Source of the DNA: Pseudomonadota bacterium
GTDB taxonomy: Bacteria; Pseudomonadota; Gammaproteobacteria; UBA9214
NCBI GenBank assembly: GCA_029287615.1
Contig: JARFQV010000223.1
Span: 1 to 60,703, forward strand
Length of the DNA: 60,703 bases
Reading direction: 5' to 3'
Shown here: positions 17,506 through 25,510 of the stretch, piece after piece
How the letters are laid out: the number at the start of each line of letters is the position of its first letter
How positions within the stretch are numbered: the stretch's first letter is position 1
Position numbers and translations under genes: made by a program
Notes under the pieces: generated by a model
Told to the model about the DNA's origin: nothing
What the model saw: the letters and a program-made list of their open reading frames with translations, nothing else
Database searches by the model: none

Positions 17506-18114
17506 TCAGGGATTGCTGGCGGTGTAGGTCACACGACCTCCACGGGCACTGGTGCCATACGTACCGGATTCATACACCGCGGTATTCAGGTAGGCGTATG
17601 TCCAGGTAGCATTTTCAATGGTCAGGCTACCATTTATAGTCGGGCTGGACGTGTTGGTGCCTGAATTGGAAAGGACCGGTGGACTGAGGTCCGAATTGTC
17701 GCTGATTGTGCCGATTTCGGCGTAGGGAATTCGATTGCCCACGAGGTTGGCGAGACCGGCCCCGCCGCTGTTGTTACTCTCGGTGATGGTAATCACACCT
17801 GCATTGCTGATAATTTGAACAGAAACATCACCAGGTGTGCCGGTATCGCCGCCGGAGGTCGCAGATACCGGGTTCAACGGGTCGCCCAGGGTCGCCGCCG
17901 GTGGATCGAAGATGATTTCGTTAATGGTACCACCGGGGGAACCTACCCGAAATCGCAACACCGATGGTATATTAATGCGAAAATCCAGATTGACCCCTGC
18001 CTGGATGTTACCGTTGCCGGTTACGGTTACAGCTTCTGAGGCGGCCTGTCCCGGTAACATGGCGATAGCCAGGCTGGTGGAACTGATCAGTAGAATATTC
18101 TTCAGTTTTTTCAT
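17506..18114 (-). CDS. putative major fibre subunit (secreted, pilin-like)
   Basis: 202 aa with signal peptide MKKLKNILLISSTSLAIAMLPGQAAS. The mature part is rich in Ser/Thr/Gly/Asn. The C-terminal ESGTYGTSARGGRVTYTASNP resembles a pilin strand F. There are no cysteines. Confidence 0.6.
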   Translation of the reverse strand: MKKLKNILLISSTSLAIAMLPGQAASEAVTVTGNGNIQAGVNLDFRINIPSVLRFRVGSPGGTINEIIFDPPAATLGDPLNPVSATSGGDTGTPGDVSVQIISNAGVITITESNNSGGAGLANLVGNRIPYAEIGTISDNSDLSPPVLSNSGTNTSSPTINGSLTIENATWTYAYLNTAVYESGTYGTSARGGRVTYTASNP

Positions 18115-18263
18115 TGCGCACCCTGTTGATCGGTAGGTTTCGGGAATGATGCTTCATTACTCGAACCTAGCTATCGGCACAAAAGCTGATACATTGAGCC
18201 GATTTCTCCCCCACCACACAGCGGGGTGCGGGTCGATTTACAGTATGGGCTGAGGATCCGGGA

Positions 18264-19256
18264 TCAGAACGTACAGTGGGTGGAGGCGTCATTCAGTGAC
18301 AGTGTGCCGGTCAGGTCTGTTACCCGGCGAATATCATGTCGCTCCAGGTAGGCAAGGATGCCATGATTGATCTTCGGACAGACCAGCGGATCATAAAACA
18401 GGGCGGTGCCGATGCCCACGGCCGAGGCACCGGCGATCAGGAATTCCAGGGCATCTTCCGGTGTTGTGATTCCTCCCTGTCCGATGATCGGGACTGCGTG
18501 CGGCCTGGCTACCTGATAGACCTGGTGGACCTTCAGCAGGGCAACCGGTTTGATGGCGGGGCCGGACAGTCCGCCCTGATTATTTCCGATAACCGGTGTC
18601 CTGTTTTCGATATCGATGGCCATGCCCATCAGTGTGTTGATGACCGAGAAGGCATCGGTACCCGCATCGATACAGCGACGGGCATTTTCGGCAATGTCGG
18701 TCTGATTGGGCGACAGCTTGGTAATCAGGGGCTTGCTGGTGACGGCACGGCAGGCCTCTACCACTCGTGCCGACATATCCGGATCATTGCCAAAGGTGAC
18801 GCCACCTTCCTTGACATTTGGGCAGGAAATGTTGATCTCGATGCCGTCAATGGGCGAATCTTCGAAACGTCGGGTGACTTCGACATATTCCTCGAGGGTT
18901 GAACCGGAGACATTGGCGATAAAGCGGGTTTCCTCAAAATCCAGTTGTGTCAGAATGGTATCGATCACCTGATCGGTACCCGGATTTTGCAAACCGATGG
19001 CGTTGAGCATGCCCATCGGGGTTTCCGCAATACGGTGCGGCGGATTTCCCAGGCGTGCTTTCAGGGTGGTTCCCTTCAAACAGATGGCGCCGACGTCGCG
19101 GTTGGAAAAACCGTCTACCCGTGTGTATTCTTCTCCGAACCCGACACAGCCGGATAACAGTACCAGGGGTGTCGCCAGTGGCATGCCGCAGAGATCGATG
19201 GCAAGCCTGTCCACCCCGGTTTCATCCGGGACGGTGTCCTGTTTAGACGTGGTCAT
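18264..19256 (-). CDS. pyrD: class 1 dihydroorotate dehydrogenase-family flavoenzyme (PyrD type 1 / PreA-like catalytic subunit)
   Basis: PLVLLSGCVGFG, GIEINISCPNVKEGG (catalytic Cys typical of class 1) and GGLSGPAIKPVAL...IIGQGGI motifs. Confidence 0.8.
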   Translation of the reverse strand: MTTSKQDTVPDETGVDRLAIDLCGMPLATPLVLLSGCVGFGEEYTRVDGFSNRDVGAICLKGTTLKARLGNPPHRIAETPMGMLNAIGLQNPGTDQVIDTILTQLDFEETRFIANVSGSTLEEYVEVTRRFEDSPIDGIEINISCPNVKEGGVTFGNDPDMSARVVEACRAVTSKPLITKLSPNQTDIAENARRCIDAGTDAFSVINTLMGMAIDIENRTPVIGNNQGGLSGPAIKPVALLKVHQVYQVARPHAVPIIGQGGITTPEDALEFLIAGASAVGIGTALFYDPLVCPKINHGILAYLERHDIRRVTDLTGTLSLNDASTHCTF

Positions 19257-19260
19257 TGTA

Positions 19261-19752
19261 ATGTTCCATATTGTCCTTTTTCAGCCGGAGATACCACCGA
19301 ACACCGGTAATATCATACGCCTGTGCGCCAATACCGGTAGTCGTCTGCATCTTATTCATCCGCTCGGCTTTGATATGGATGACCGAAGGCTGCGCAGGGC
19401 GGGACTGGACTACCGGGAGTGGGCCGTGGTGCGTGAACATGCCAGTCTGGAGGAATTCATGAGTGCTGTGCAACCCGAGAGAGTGTGGGCAGCCTCTACC
19501 CATGGAAGATGCAACTATACCGATGTCGACTATCATGCGGGCGATGCATTGCTGTTCGGTCCCGAAACCCGGGGGTTGCCGCTGAAAGAGATGGGTTTTC
19601 TGGCAGAGAACCAGATCATAAGGATACCCATGGTGGAGGATAGTCGCAGTCTCAATCTTTCAAATGCCGTCGCGGTGGTGTGTTACGAGGCCTGGAGGCA
19701 ACTGGATTTCAGGCAGCAATCCGCTGATCCTGTTCGTCTGAAAAGGTCCTAG
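19261..19752 (+). CDS. trmL: tRNA (cytidine/uridine-34-2-prime-O)-methyltransferase TrmL
   Basis: ORF 18997..19752, trimmed to the ATG at 19261. MFHIVLFQPEIPPNTGNIIRLCANTG...SLNLSNAVAVVCYEAWRQL closely parallels E. coli TrmL (YibK). Confidence 0.93.
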   Translation: MFHIVLFQPEIPPNTGNIIRLCANTGSRLHLIHPLGFDMDDRRLRRAGLDYREWAVVREHASLEEFMSAVQPERVWAASTHGRCNYTDVDYHAGDALLFGPETRGLPLKEMGFLAENQIIRIPMVEDSRSLNLSNAVAVVCYEAWRQLDFRQQSADPVRLKRS

Positions 19753-20756
19753 AAACTTTCCGCCCTGGGCTGTCTGGAGAGCAGGGTATGCACGGCATCC
19801 CGGGGAGCGAGGCCCTTGTTGAGCACACGGTGTACCTGGTCGGTGATCGGCATGTCGATTTGATGTGCAGTGGCCATCTTCTCCAGTTCGCTCGTGGTGT
19901 TGACACCTTCGACCACCTGACCGATGGCCGTTATGGCCTCTTCCAGGGATGCGCCCCTGCCCAGCGCCAGGCCAAGTCTGCGGTTACGTGACTGGTCATC
20001 GGTACAGGTCAACACGAGGTCACCCAGGCCTGCCAGTCCCACAAAGGTTTCTCTTTTTCCGCCCAGGGCATTGCCCAGACGCATGATTTCAGCGAGACCA
20101 CGCGTTATTAGCGCCGCCCGTGAATTGGCGCCAAAACCCAGGCCGTCAGCGATACCTGCTGCGATGGCCATTACATTCTTGCTGGCACCACCGAGTTCAA
20201 CGCCAAGGACATCCGTACTGGTATAGGCACGAAAGGTATTTCCATGCAAAAGGGCGGCCAGTTCGGTTGCAAAGCGGGGATGGCCAGACGCAACGGTAGC
20301 CGCTGCCGGCAGTCCCGCAGCGACCTCGCCCGCAAACGTGGGTCCGGAAATAATCGCGCTCTGATAGCGTGAACCAAGCACTTCCCCCACGACCTGATGG
20401 AGAAACTTGCCGGTGCCTGTCTCCAGCCCCTTGGTAGCCCAGGCAATCCGGGTGCTTTTGCTCAGCAGGGGCGCCAATGCCTGCAGTTGTTCTCGGAAAC
20501 AGTGGCTTGGTACCGCGATCAGCAGCGTATCGATACCGGTGACCGCGGCTTCCAGGTCGGCTTCGGGATACAGGTTATCCGGAAGGGTGTGCTCCGGCAG
20601 GTACACACGATTACAGTGTTCCACCTGCATGTTTTTGATCCGCTCGGGATTGCGTCCCCACAGGCGGACTGAATGACCATTACGCGCCAGCAGGATTGCG
20701 AGCGCGGTGCCCCAGGAGCCTGCACCCAGTACGGTGATTTCCGCTGCGCAGGTCAT
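19749..20756 (-). CDS. gpsA: NAD(P)H-dependent glycerol-3-phosphate dehydrogenase
   Basis: ITVLGAGSWGTALAILLARNGH Rossmann motif and full-length GpsA similarity. It sits downstream of secB, as in E. coli. Confidence 0.95.
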   Translation of the reverse strand: MTCAAEITVLGAGSWGTALAILLARNGHSVRLWGRNPERIKNMQVEHCNRVYLPEHTLPDNLYPEADLEAAVTGIDTLLIAVPSHCFREQLQALAPLLSKSTRIAWATKGLETGTGKFLHQVVGEVLGSRYQSAIISGPTFAGEVAAGLPAAATVASGHPRFATELAALLHGNTFRAYTSTDVLGVELGGASKNVMAIAAGIADGLGFGANSRAALITRGLAEIMRLGNALGGKRETFVGLAGLGDLVLTCTDDQSRNRRLGLALGRGASLEEAITAIGQVVEGVNTTSELEKMATAHQIDMPITDQVHRVLNKGLAPRDAVHTLLSRQPRAESF

Positions 20757-20818
20757 CGGGCCCTCAGCTGGCTGTATCGGTATTAATCCGTCCCGAATTC
20801 GGCTGGCTGGTCATGGGT

Positions 20819-21307
20819 TCAGTGGTTGGATTCCTGTTGTTGTTTGGCCAGGGCTTCCTCTTTCTGCCTGGCGTAAATCAGATCGAAATTGATCGGTGCC
20901 AGATTGATGGGCTCGAATCCACCACGGCCGACCAGACTGGAGATGGTCTCGCGGGCGTAGGGAAACAGGACCGTGGGACAGTAGACGGCCAGCATATGCT
21001 CCAGTTCCTGTCCCTCGAAACCCTCTATCCGGAAGATACCGCCTTGCTGCACTTCAACCAGATAGGCGGTCTTGTCTTCCAGTTTGGCGGTCACCGTCAT
21101 GGAAAGTAAGACTTCATGTACATTTTCCGCGATTATCGTGTGCAGGTTGTTCAACTGCAGGTTAACCGACGGTTTCCATTCCTGGGTGAATATCACGGGT
21201 GAATTGGGCGTTTCAAAAGAAAGGTCCTTGGTGTAAATCTTCTGAATGTCAAAGCGCCGCTGGTTCTCTTCCGACCGGCCGGCGTTTTCAGTTTTTTCGT
21301 CCGTCAT
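20819..21307 (-). CDS. secB: protein-export chaperone SecB
   Basis: ORF 20819..21349, trimmed to the ATG at 21307. FDIQKIYTKDLSFETPNSP...VQQGGIFRIEG...YCPTVLFPYARE parallels E. coli SecB. Confidence 0.93.
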   Translation of the reverse strand: MTDEKTENAGRSEENQRRFDIQKIYTKDLSFETPNSPVIFTQEWKPSVNLQLNNLHTIIAENVHEVLLSMTVTAKLEDKTAYLVEVQQGGIFRIEGFEGQELEHMLAVYCPTVLFPYARETISSLVGRGGFEPINLAPINFDLIYARQKEEALAKQQQESNH

Positions 21308-21417
21308 GATGTCGTTGTCCTGGTGGATTTCTTCTGTGTAAATTCGCAAATGCTGTGATGACTAATGGGTACAGCGTGACTGGTGACAGGGGTGTTGATC
21401 AAGTATCCGAAAACGTT

Positions 21418-21843
21418 CTATTTTTTTGTAATCGGCAGGTTCGCATTCTGCCATGCCATTATACCACCCTTCAGATTGTATACTTCCTGAAACCCCTTTT
21501 TCCGCAAGCGGCTGCAGAAGCCAGCGGACTGCTGGCCGGTACGGCAATAGGCAATTACCGGTTTGTCGTTCTTTAGCTTGCCGACTTCTGCATCCAGCTT
21601 GTCCTTTGGCATGTTGATCGCATTCAGGATGTGCCCGGATCGAAATTGCCCATCATCCCGGATGTCGATCATTACGGCATCGTTATGATTGATAAGGCGG
21701 GTTGCCTCCTGGCTGTCGATATGTTTCGCACCCCCCGCCAGGCGCTGGATTTCGCCACCGATCAGTAATACCAGGATGACTGCAAGAGAGACAAACAGCG
21801 CCCAGTGGTTGGTTATGAATTCGCTGATTTGATTGATATCCAT
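21418..21843 (-). CDS. membrane-anchored single-domain rhodanese (YibN-like) sulfurtransferase
   Basis: N-terminal TM segment (HWALFVSLAVILVLLIGG), a rhodanese fold and the active-site loop CRTGQQS. Confidence 0.88.
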   Translation of the reverse strand: MDINQISEFITNHWALFVSLAVILVLLIGGEIQRLAGGAKHIDSQEATRLINHNDAVMIDIRDDGQFRSGHILNAINMPKDKLDAEVGKLKNDKPVIAYCRTGQQSAGFCSRLRKKGFQEVYNLKGGIMAWQNANLPITKK

Positions 21844-21968
21844 TTCAATTCCGGATACTGGATCTGTGTCACCATGTGTCCAGCCTGTGGGCGGGCAGAC
21901 AGGGACGTCTATTCATGCCAGTCTGAGCACCCTGCTGACTGTTGTGTGGTGTGTTGTGGCCGGTGTCT

Positions 21969-22316
21969 TCAGCTGCAGAATACTTCACGCATCATACTGA
22001 TCAATCGCAGTGTTCGTGAGTCGCCAACCCGGTAATAAACGCGGTTGGCGTCCTTGCGCGAGGCCAGTATTCCCTTGTCCCTGAGGATAGCAAGATGTTG
22101 TGAGATATTGCTCTGTGAGGTTCCTACATGTTCGACAATATCCTGTACACTGACTTCGCGATCCCCCAGGGTGCACAGGATCTTCAATCTGAGCGGGTGT
22201 GACATCGCTTTCAGTGAGCGCGATGCACGATCGATATCCTCATCTTTCGTGATCAGCGGGTCATTGGTTTCAATCATCTCGTTGTGTCTCGCATACATGC
22301 CTGAATCTATGATCAT
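21969..22316 (-). CDS. ArsR/SmtB-family transcriptional regulator, YgaV/BigR/SqrR-like two-Cys type
   Basis: ORF 21969..22439. The start is uncertain (in-frame ATGs at 22316, 22298 and 22277). SLKAMSHPLRLKILCTLGD...NISQHLAILRDKG...MREVFCS parallels E. coli YgaV (LLKAMSHPKRLLILCML...NVYCP). Confidence 0.85.
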   Translation of the reverse strand: MIIDSGMYARHNEMIETNDPLITKDEDIDRASRSLKAMSHPLRLKILCTLGDREVSVQDIVEHVGTSQSNISQHLAILRDKGILASRKDANRVYYRVGDSRTLRLISMMREVFCS

Positions 22317-22523
22317 GGATCGTTTCCGGTGTGGTTTGATGCTGACATTTATAAATAAACCATTATACAATAATAATTCTTGCAAACCATAGATAAACAC
22401 TTGCCAGCAGTAATTTTGTTTCCGTTGTGCCTGGTGCAAAACGATCTGGTTGCATCAATCTCGAGTTAGAAAATACGCTCTGTGCAGTGCTATTCTGTTT
22501 TTGAATACAACTGACGTGATGAC

Positions 22524-24149
22524 ATGCCGAAGGTAGCCAAGAATAATCCGATGCCTGCTTCTCCAAAGCCCCTGGTCCTGCTCATTCTGGATGGTTGGGG
22601 ACACAGCGAATCAGAGCAACACAATGCCATTTTCGCCGCCAGGACGCCGGTCTGGGACCGATTGTGGGCCACTTATCCGCACACGCTGATTCGGACTTCC
22701 GGTGCCGCGGTCGGATTACCGGGTGATCAGATGGGTAATTCCGAGGTAGGGCATCTCAATCTGGGTGCAGGCAGAGTCGTCTACCAGGAGTTCACGCGAG
22801 TCAGTCGCGCCATCAAGACACGCTCTTTTTTCAATAACCGTACCCTGACGGATGCAGTAGATCTTGCCGTCGACAACGGAAAAGCTATACATATAATGGG
22901 TTTATTGTCCCCTGGCGGGGTACACAGCCACGAGGCACACATCCACGCCATGGTGGAACTGGCCGCACAAAGGGGATCCAACAGGGTCTATGTACATGCC
23001 TTTCTCGATGGTCGTGATACCTCGCCACGCAGTGCCCATGCGTCCCTGCAGGCCATGTGTGAGAAATACGAAAGCCTGGGGTGTGGACGGGTTGCATCGA
23101 TTATCGGTCGATATTATGCGATGGACCGGGATCATCGCTGGCCCCGTATCAAATGTGCCTACGACCTGATTACCCGTGGCAAGGCAGAGTTCGAGGCGGT
23201 GGATGCGATATCCGGACTGGAGATGGCTTATACGCGCAATGAAGGGGATGAGTTCGTGCAGGCAACGCGCATCGTTCCGCACGGTGGGCAGCCGGTGTGC
23301 GTAGAGGACGGAGATGTGATGATATTCATGAATTTCCGCTCGGATCGCGCTCGTCAGATAACGAGACCATTCATTGAGGACGATTTCGATGGTTTCGAGC
23401 GTGAACAAACGCCCAAGCTGGCCAGTTTTGTCAGCCTCACCGAATACAAACATGATTTCCATATACCGGTCGCCTTTCCACCGGAACGGCTGAATAACGT
23501 ATTCGGTGAATATATCGCCATGCATGGACTCCGTCAGCTAAGGCTGGCGGAGACAGAAAAATATGCCCATGTAACCTTCTTCTTCAATGGAGGTGTCGAA
23601 GCCCCGTTTGAGGGCGAAGATCGTATCCTTGTACCTTCGCCACTGGTTGCCACCTACGACCTCAAACCGGAAATGAGTGCTGTTGAGGTTACGGACAATC
23701 TGGTCAACGCCATAGAAGAGCAGAAGTACGATGTCATTATCTGTAATTATGCAAATCCTGATATGGTTGGGCATACCGGAAAGTTCCCGGCAGCAGTGAA
23801 GGCGATCGAGACCATTGATGTTTGCCTTGGCAGAATCGTCAATGCACTTGAACATTTTGGTGGTGAAATGCTGGTGACGGCAGATCACGGGAATGCCGAA
23901 CTTATGCAAAATATTGAGACTAATCAGGCGCATACGGCGCATACAGTCAATGTGGTCCCGCTTTTATATATCGGTAGGCCGGCGGTGATGATTTCCCAGG
24001 GTTCATTGTGCGATATCGCTCCCAGCATGCTGTATCTAATGAATCTTGACATTCCTTCTGAAATGACCGGAACACCCCTGGTGGAGCTGAACACGGCCTC
24101 AATCGAGGGCAAAGAGGAGATGTCTGAACTGGCGATGCGTGATGGCTAG
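22524..24149 (+). CDS. gpmI: 2,3-bisphosphoglycerate-independent phosphoglycerate mutase
   Basis: [24 protein letters not shown] and TADHGNAE motifs. It is divergent from the secB cluster, as gpmM is in E. coli. Confidence 0.95.
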   Translation: MPKVAKNNPMPASPKPLVLLILDGWGHSESEQHNAIFAARTPVWDRLWATYPHTLIRTSGAAVGLPGDQMGNSEVGHLNLGAGRVVYQEFTRVSRAIKTRSFFNNRTLTDAVDLAVDNGKAIHIMGLLSPGGVHSHEAHIHAMVELAAQRGSNRVYVHAFLDGRDTSPRSAHASLQAMCEKYESLGCGRVASIIGRYYAMDRDHRWPRIKCAYDLITRGKAEFEAVDAISGLEMAYTRNEGDEFVQATRIVPHGGQPVCVEDGDVMIFMNFRSDRARQITRPFIEDDFDGFEREQTPKLASFVSLTEYKHDFHIPVAFPPERLNNVFGEYIAMHGLRQLRLAETEKYAHVTFFFNGGVEAPFEGEDRILVPSPLVATYDLKPEMSAVEVTDNLVNAIEEQKYDVIICNYANPDMVGHTGKFPAAVKAIETIDVCLGRIVNALEHFGGEMLVTADHGNAELMQNIETNQAHTAHTVNVVPLLYIGRPAVMISQGSLCDIAPSMLYLMNLDIPSEMTGTPLVELNTASIEGKEEMSELAMRDG

Positions 24150-24181
24150 TCCGTGCCAGGTGCATCTTTACAGTTCCCCTG

Positions 24182-25405
24182 ATGATGCAGACGGGATATC
24201 CTGCCAGATTGATGATATTCCTGTTCCTGCTCGTGGCGATGTATCCGGGGCTGGCCACTGCGGAGGACTCGGTAGCCAGCACTGACAAGTTGAATGAGTT
24301 GCGCCGGCAAATACAGGAATTGAAGGGCGCGATTCGAGCAGACCGGAAACAGGAAGCGGATCTTGACAGGGCGCTACGTGTGGCAGAAGAGGACATTGGC
24401 CGGATCAGCCTGGAAGTTCACAGGATCGATGCAGAGTTACGGGAGCAGCAAAGGCGGCGCGCAAGTCTGCTGACAGATCACAAAGAGCGGAAGGACATGC
24501 TTGCGAAATTGCGTCGTACCATCTCACGCCAGGCTCGGACAGGATTCGCACTGGGACAGCAGCAGCAAATAAAAATGCTGCTGAATCAAGAGGATCCGGC
24601 AATAATCAGCCGGATGCTGGCATACCACGGGTATATTTCTAGGGCGCAGTCCCGGAATGCGCGCGCCTTGCGGAATCAACTGGGAGAGTTGCGAGCCATC
24701 GAGCAGTCAATCGAACAGCAAAGCCTCCGGCTTGGCAAGCTGAGAGGACAGCGTGCCGAGGAAATACACGAACTTGAGACTGTGCAGCTTCAGCGTCAGA
24801 AGACGCTGGAGAGCCTGAAAAAGGAGATTCAGGACAAGGATCAGTTACTTGAAAGGTATGTACGTGATGAACAGCGTCTGGAAGACCTGCTTGCCTCCCT
24901 GCAGGACAACCTGGCAGATATCCCGAATAGTGCCGGACGTCCGCTATCGATCCGGTCCATGAAGGGAAAACTGCCATGGCCGGTATCTGGCCCGCTAATG
25001 GCACGCTATGGCCAGAGAAGGGCGGGTGCAGACTTGAGGTGGAGGGGTGTTATTATCGGTGCCACTGATGGCGCGGAAGTTCGCTCTATATCACACGGAC
25101 GCGTGGCCTTCGCAGACTGGCTGCGTGGTGTGGGCCTTCTTTTGATCATCGATCATGGTGATGGCTATATGAGTCTCTATGGCTACAATCAGAGTCTGTA
25201 CAAGGAAGTCGGTGACTGGGTGGAAGCCAATGAGGTGATTGCACTGGTCGGTGGCAGCGGCGGGCAGTCGCGGTCTGGCCTGTACTTCGAGCTCAGAAAA
25301 GAAGGCCGGCCCGTTAATCCCGCCAGTTGGTGCCAGGGTCCGGTGCCACAGGCGCGGGCCAGGGGTGTGTCGATTCGACTGGCGCATGCTGGTCAAGGCT
25401 TTTGA
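24182..25405 (+). CDS. envC: murein hydrolase activator EnvC-like (coiled coil + M23/LytM domain)
   Basis: Signal peptide, a long Q/E/R/L-rich coiled coil, and a C-terminal LytM domain (IIDHGDGYMSLYGYNQS...GLYFELRKEGRPVNP). Confidence 0.88.
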   Translation: MMQTGYPARLMIFLFLLVAMYPGLATAEDSVASTDKLNELRRQIQELKGAIRADRKQEADLDRALRVAEEDIGRISLEVHRIDAELREQQRRRASLLTDHKERKDMLAKLRRTISRQARTGFALGQQQQIKMLLNQEDPAIISRMLAYHGYISRAQSRNARALRNQLGELRAIEQSIEQQSLRLGKLRGQRAEEIHELETVQLQRQKTLESLKKEIQDKDQLLERYVRDEQRLEDLLASLQDNLADIPNSAGRPLSIRSMKGKLPWPVSGPLMARYGQRRAGADLRWRGVIIGATDGAEVRSISHGRVAFADWLRGVGLLLIIDHGDGYMSLYGYNQSLYKEVGDWVEANEVIALVGGSGGQSRSGLYFELRKEGRPVNPASWCQGPVPQARARGVSIRLAHAGQGF

Positions 25406-25510
25406 ACAAGGGGCCGATAGGGCTGTCTATACATCAATATAGCTACTTTTGCCGGGCAATCACCGGCGGGTGAAAACCTGCACGGAGTTGAAGCGGCTGG
25501 ATAATGACTC

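Noticed and set aside
22902-23525. 207-aa minus-strand ORF inside gpmI.
   Set aside because: It is antisense to gpmI, whose product aligns along its full length to iPGM. It is a shadow ORF.
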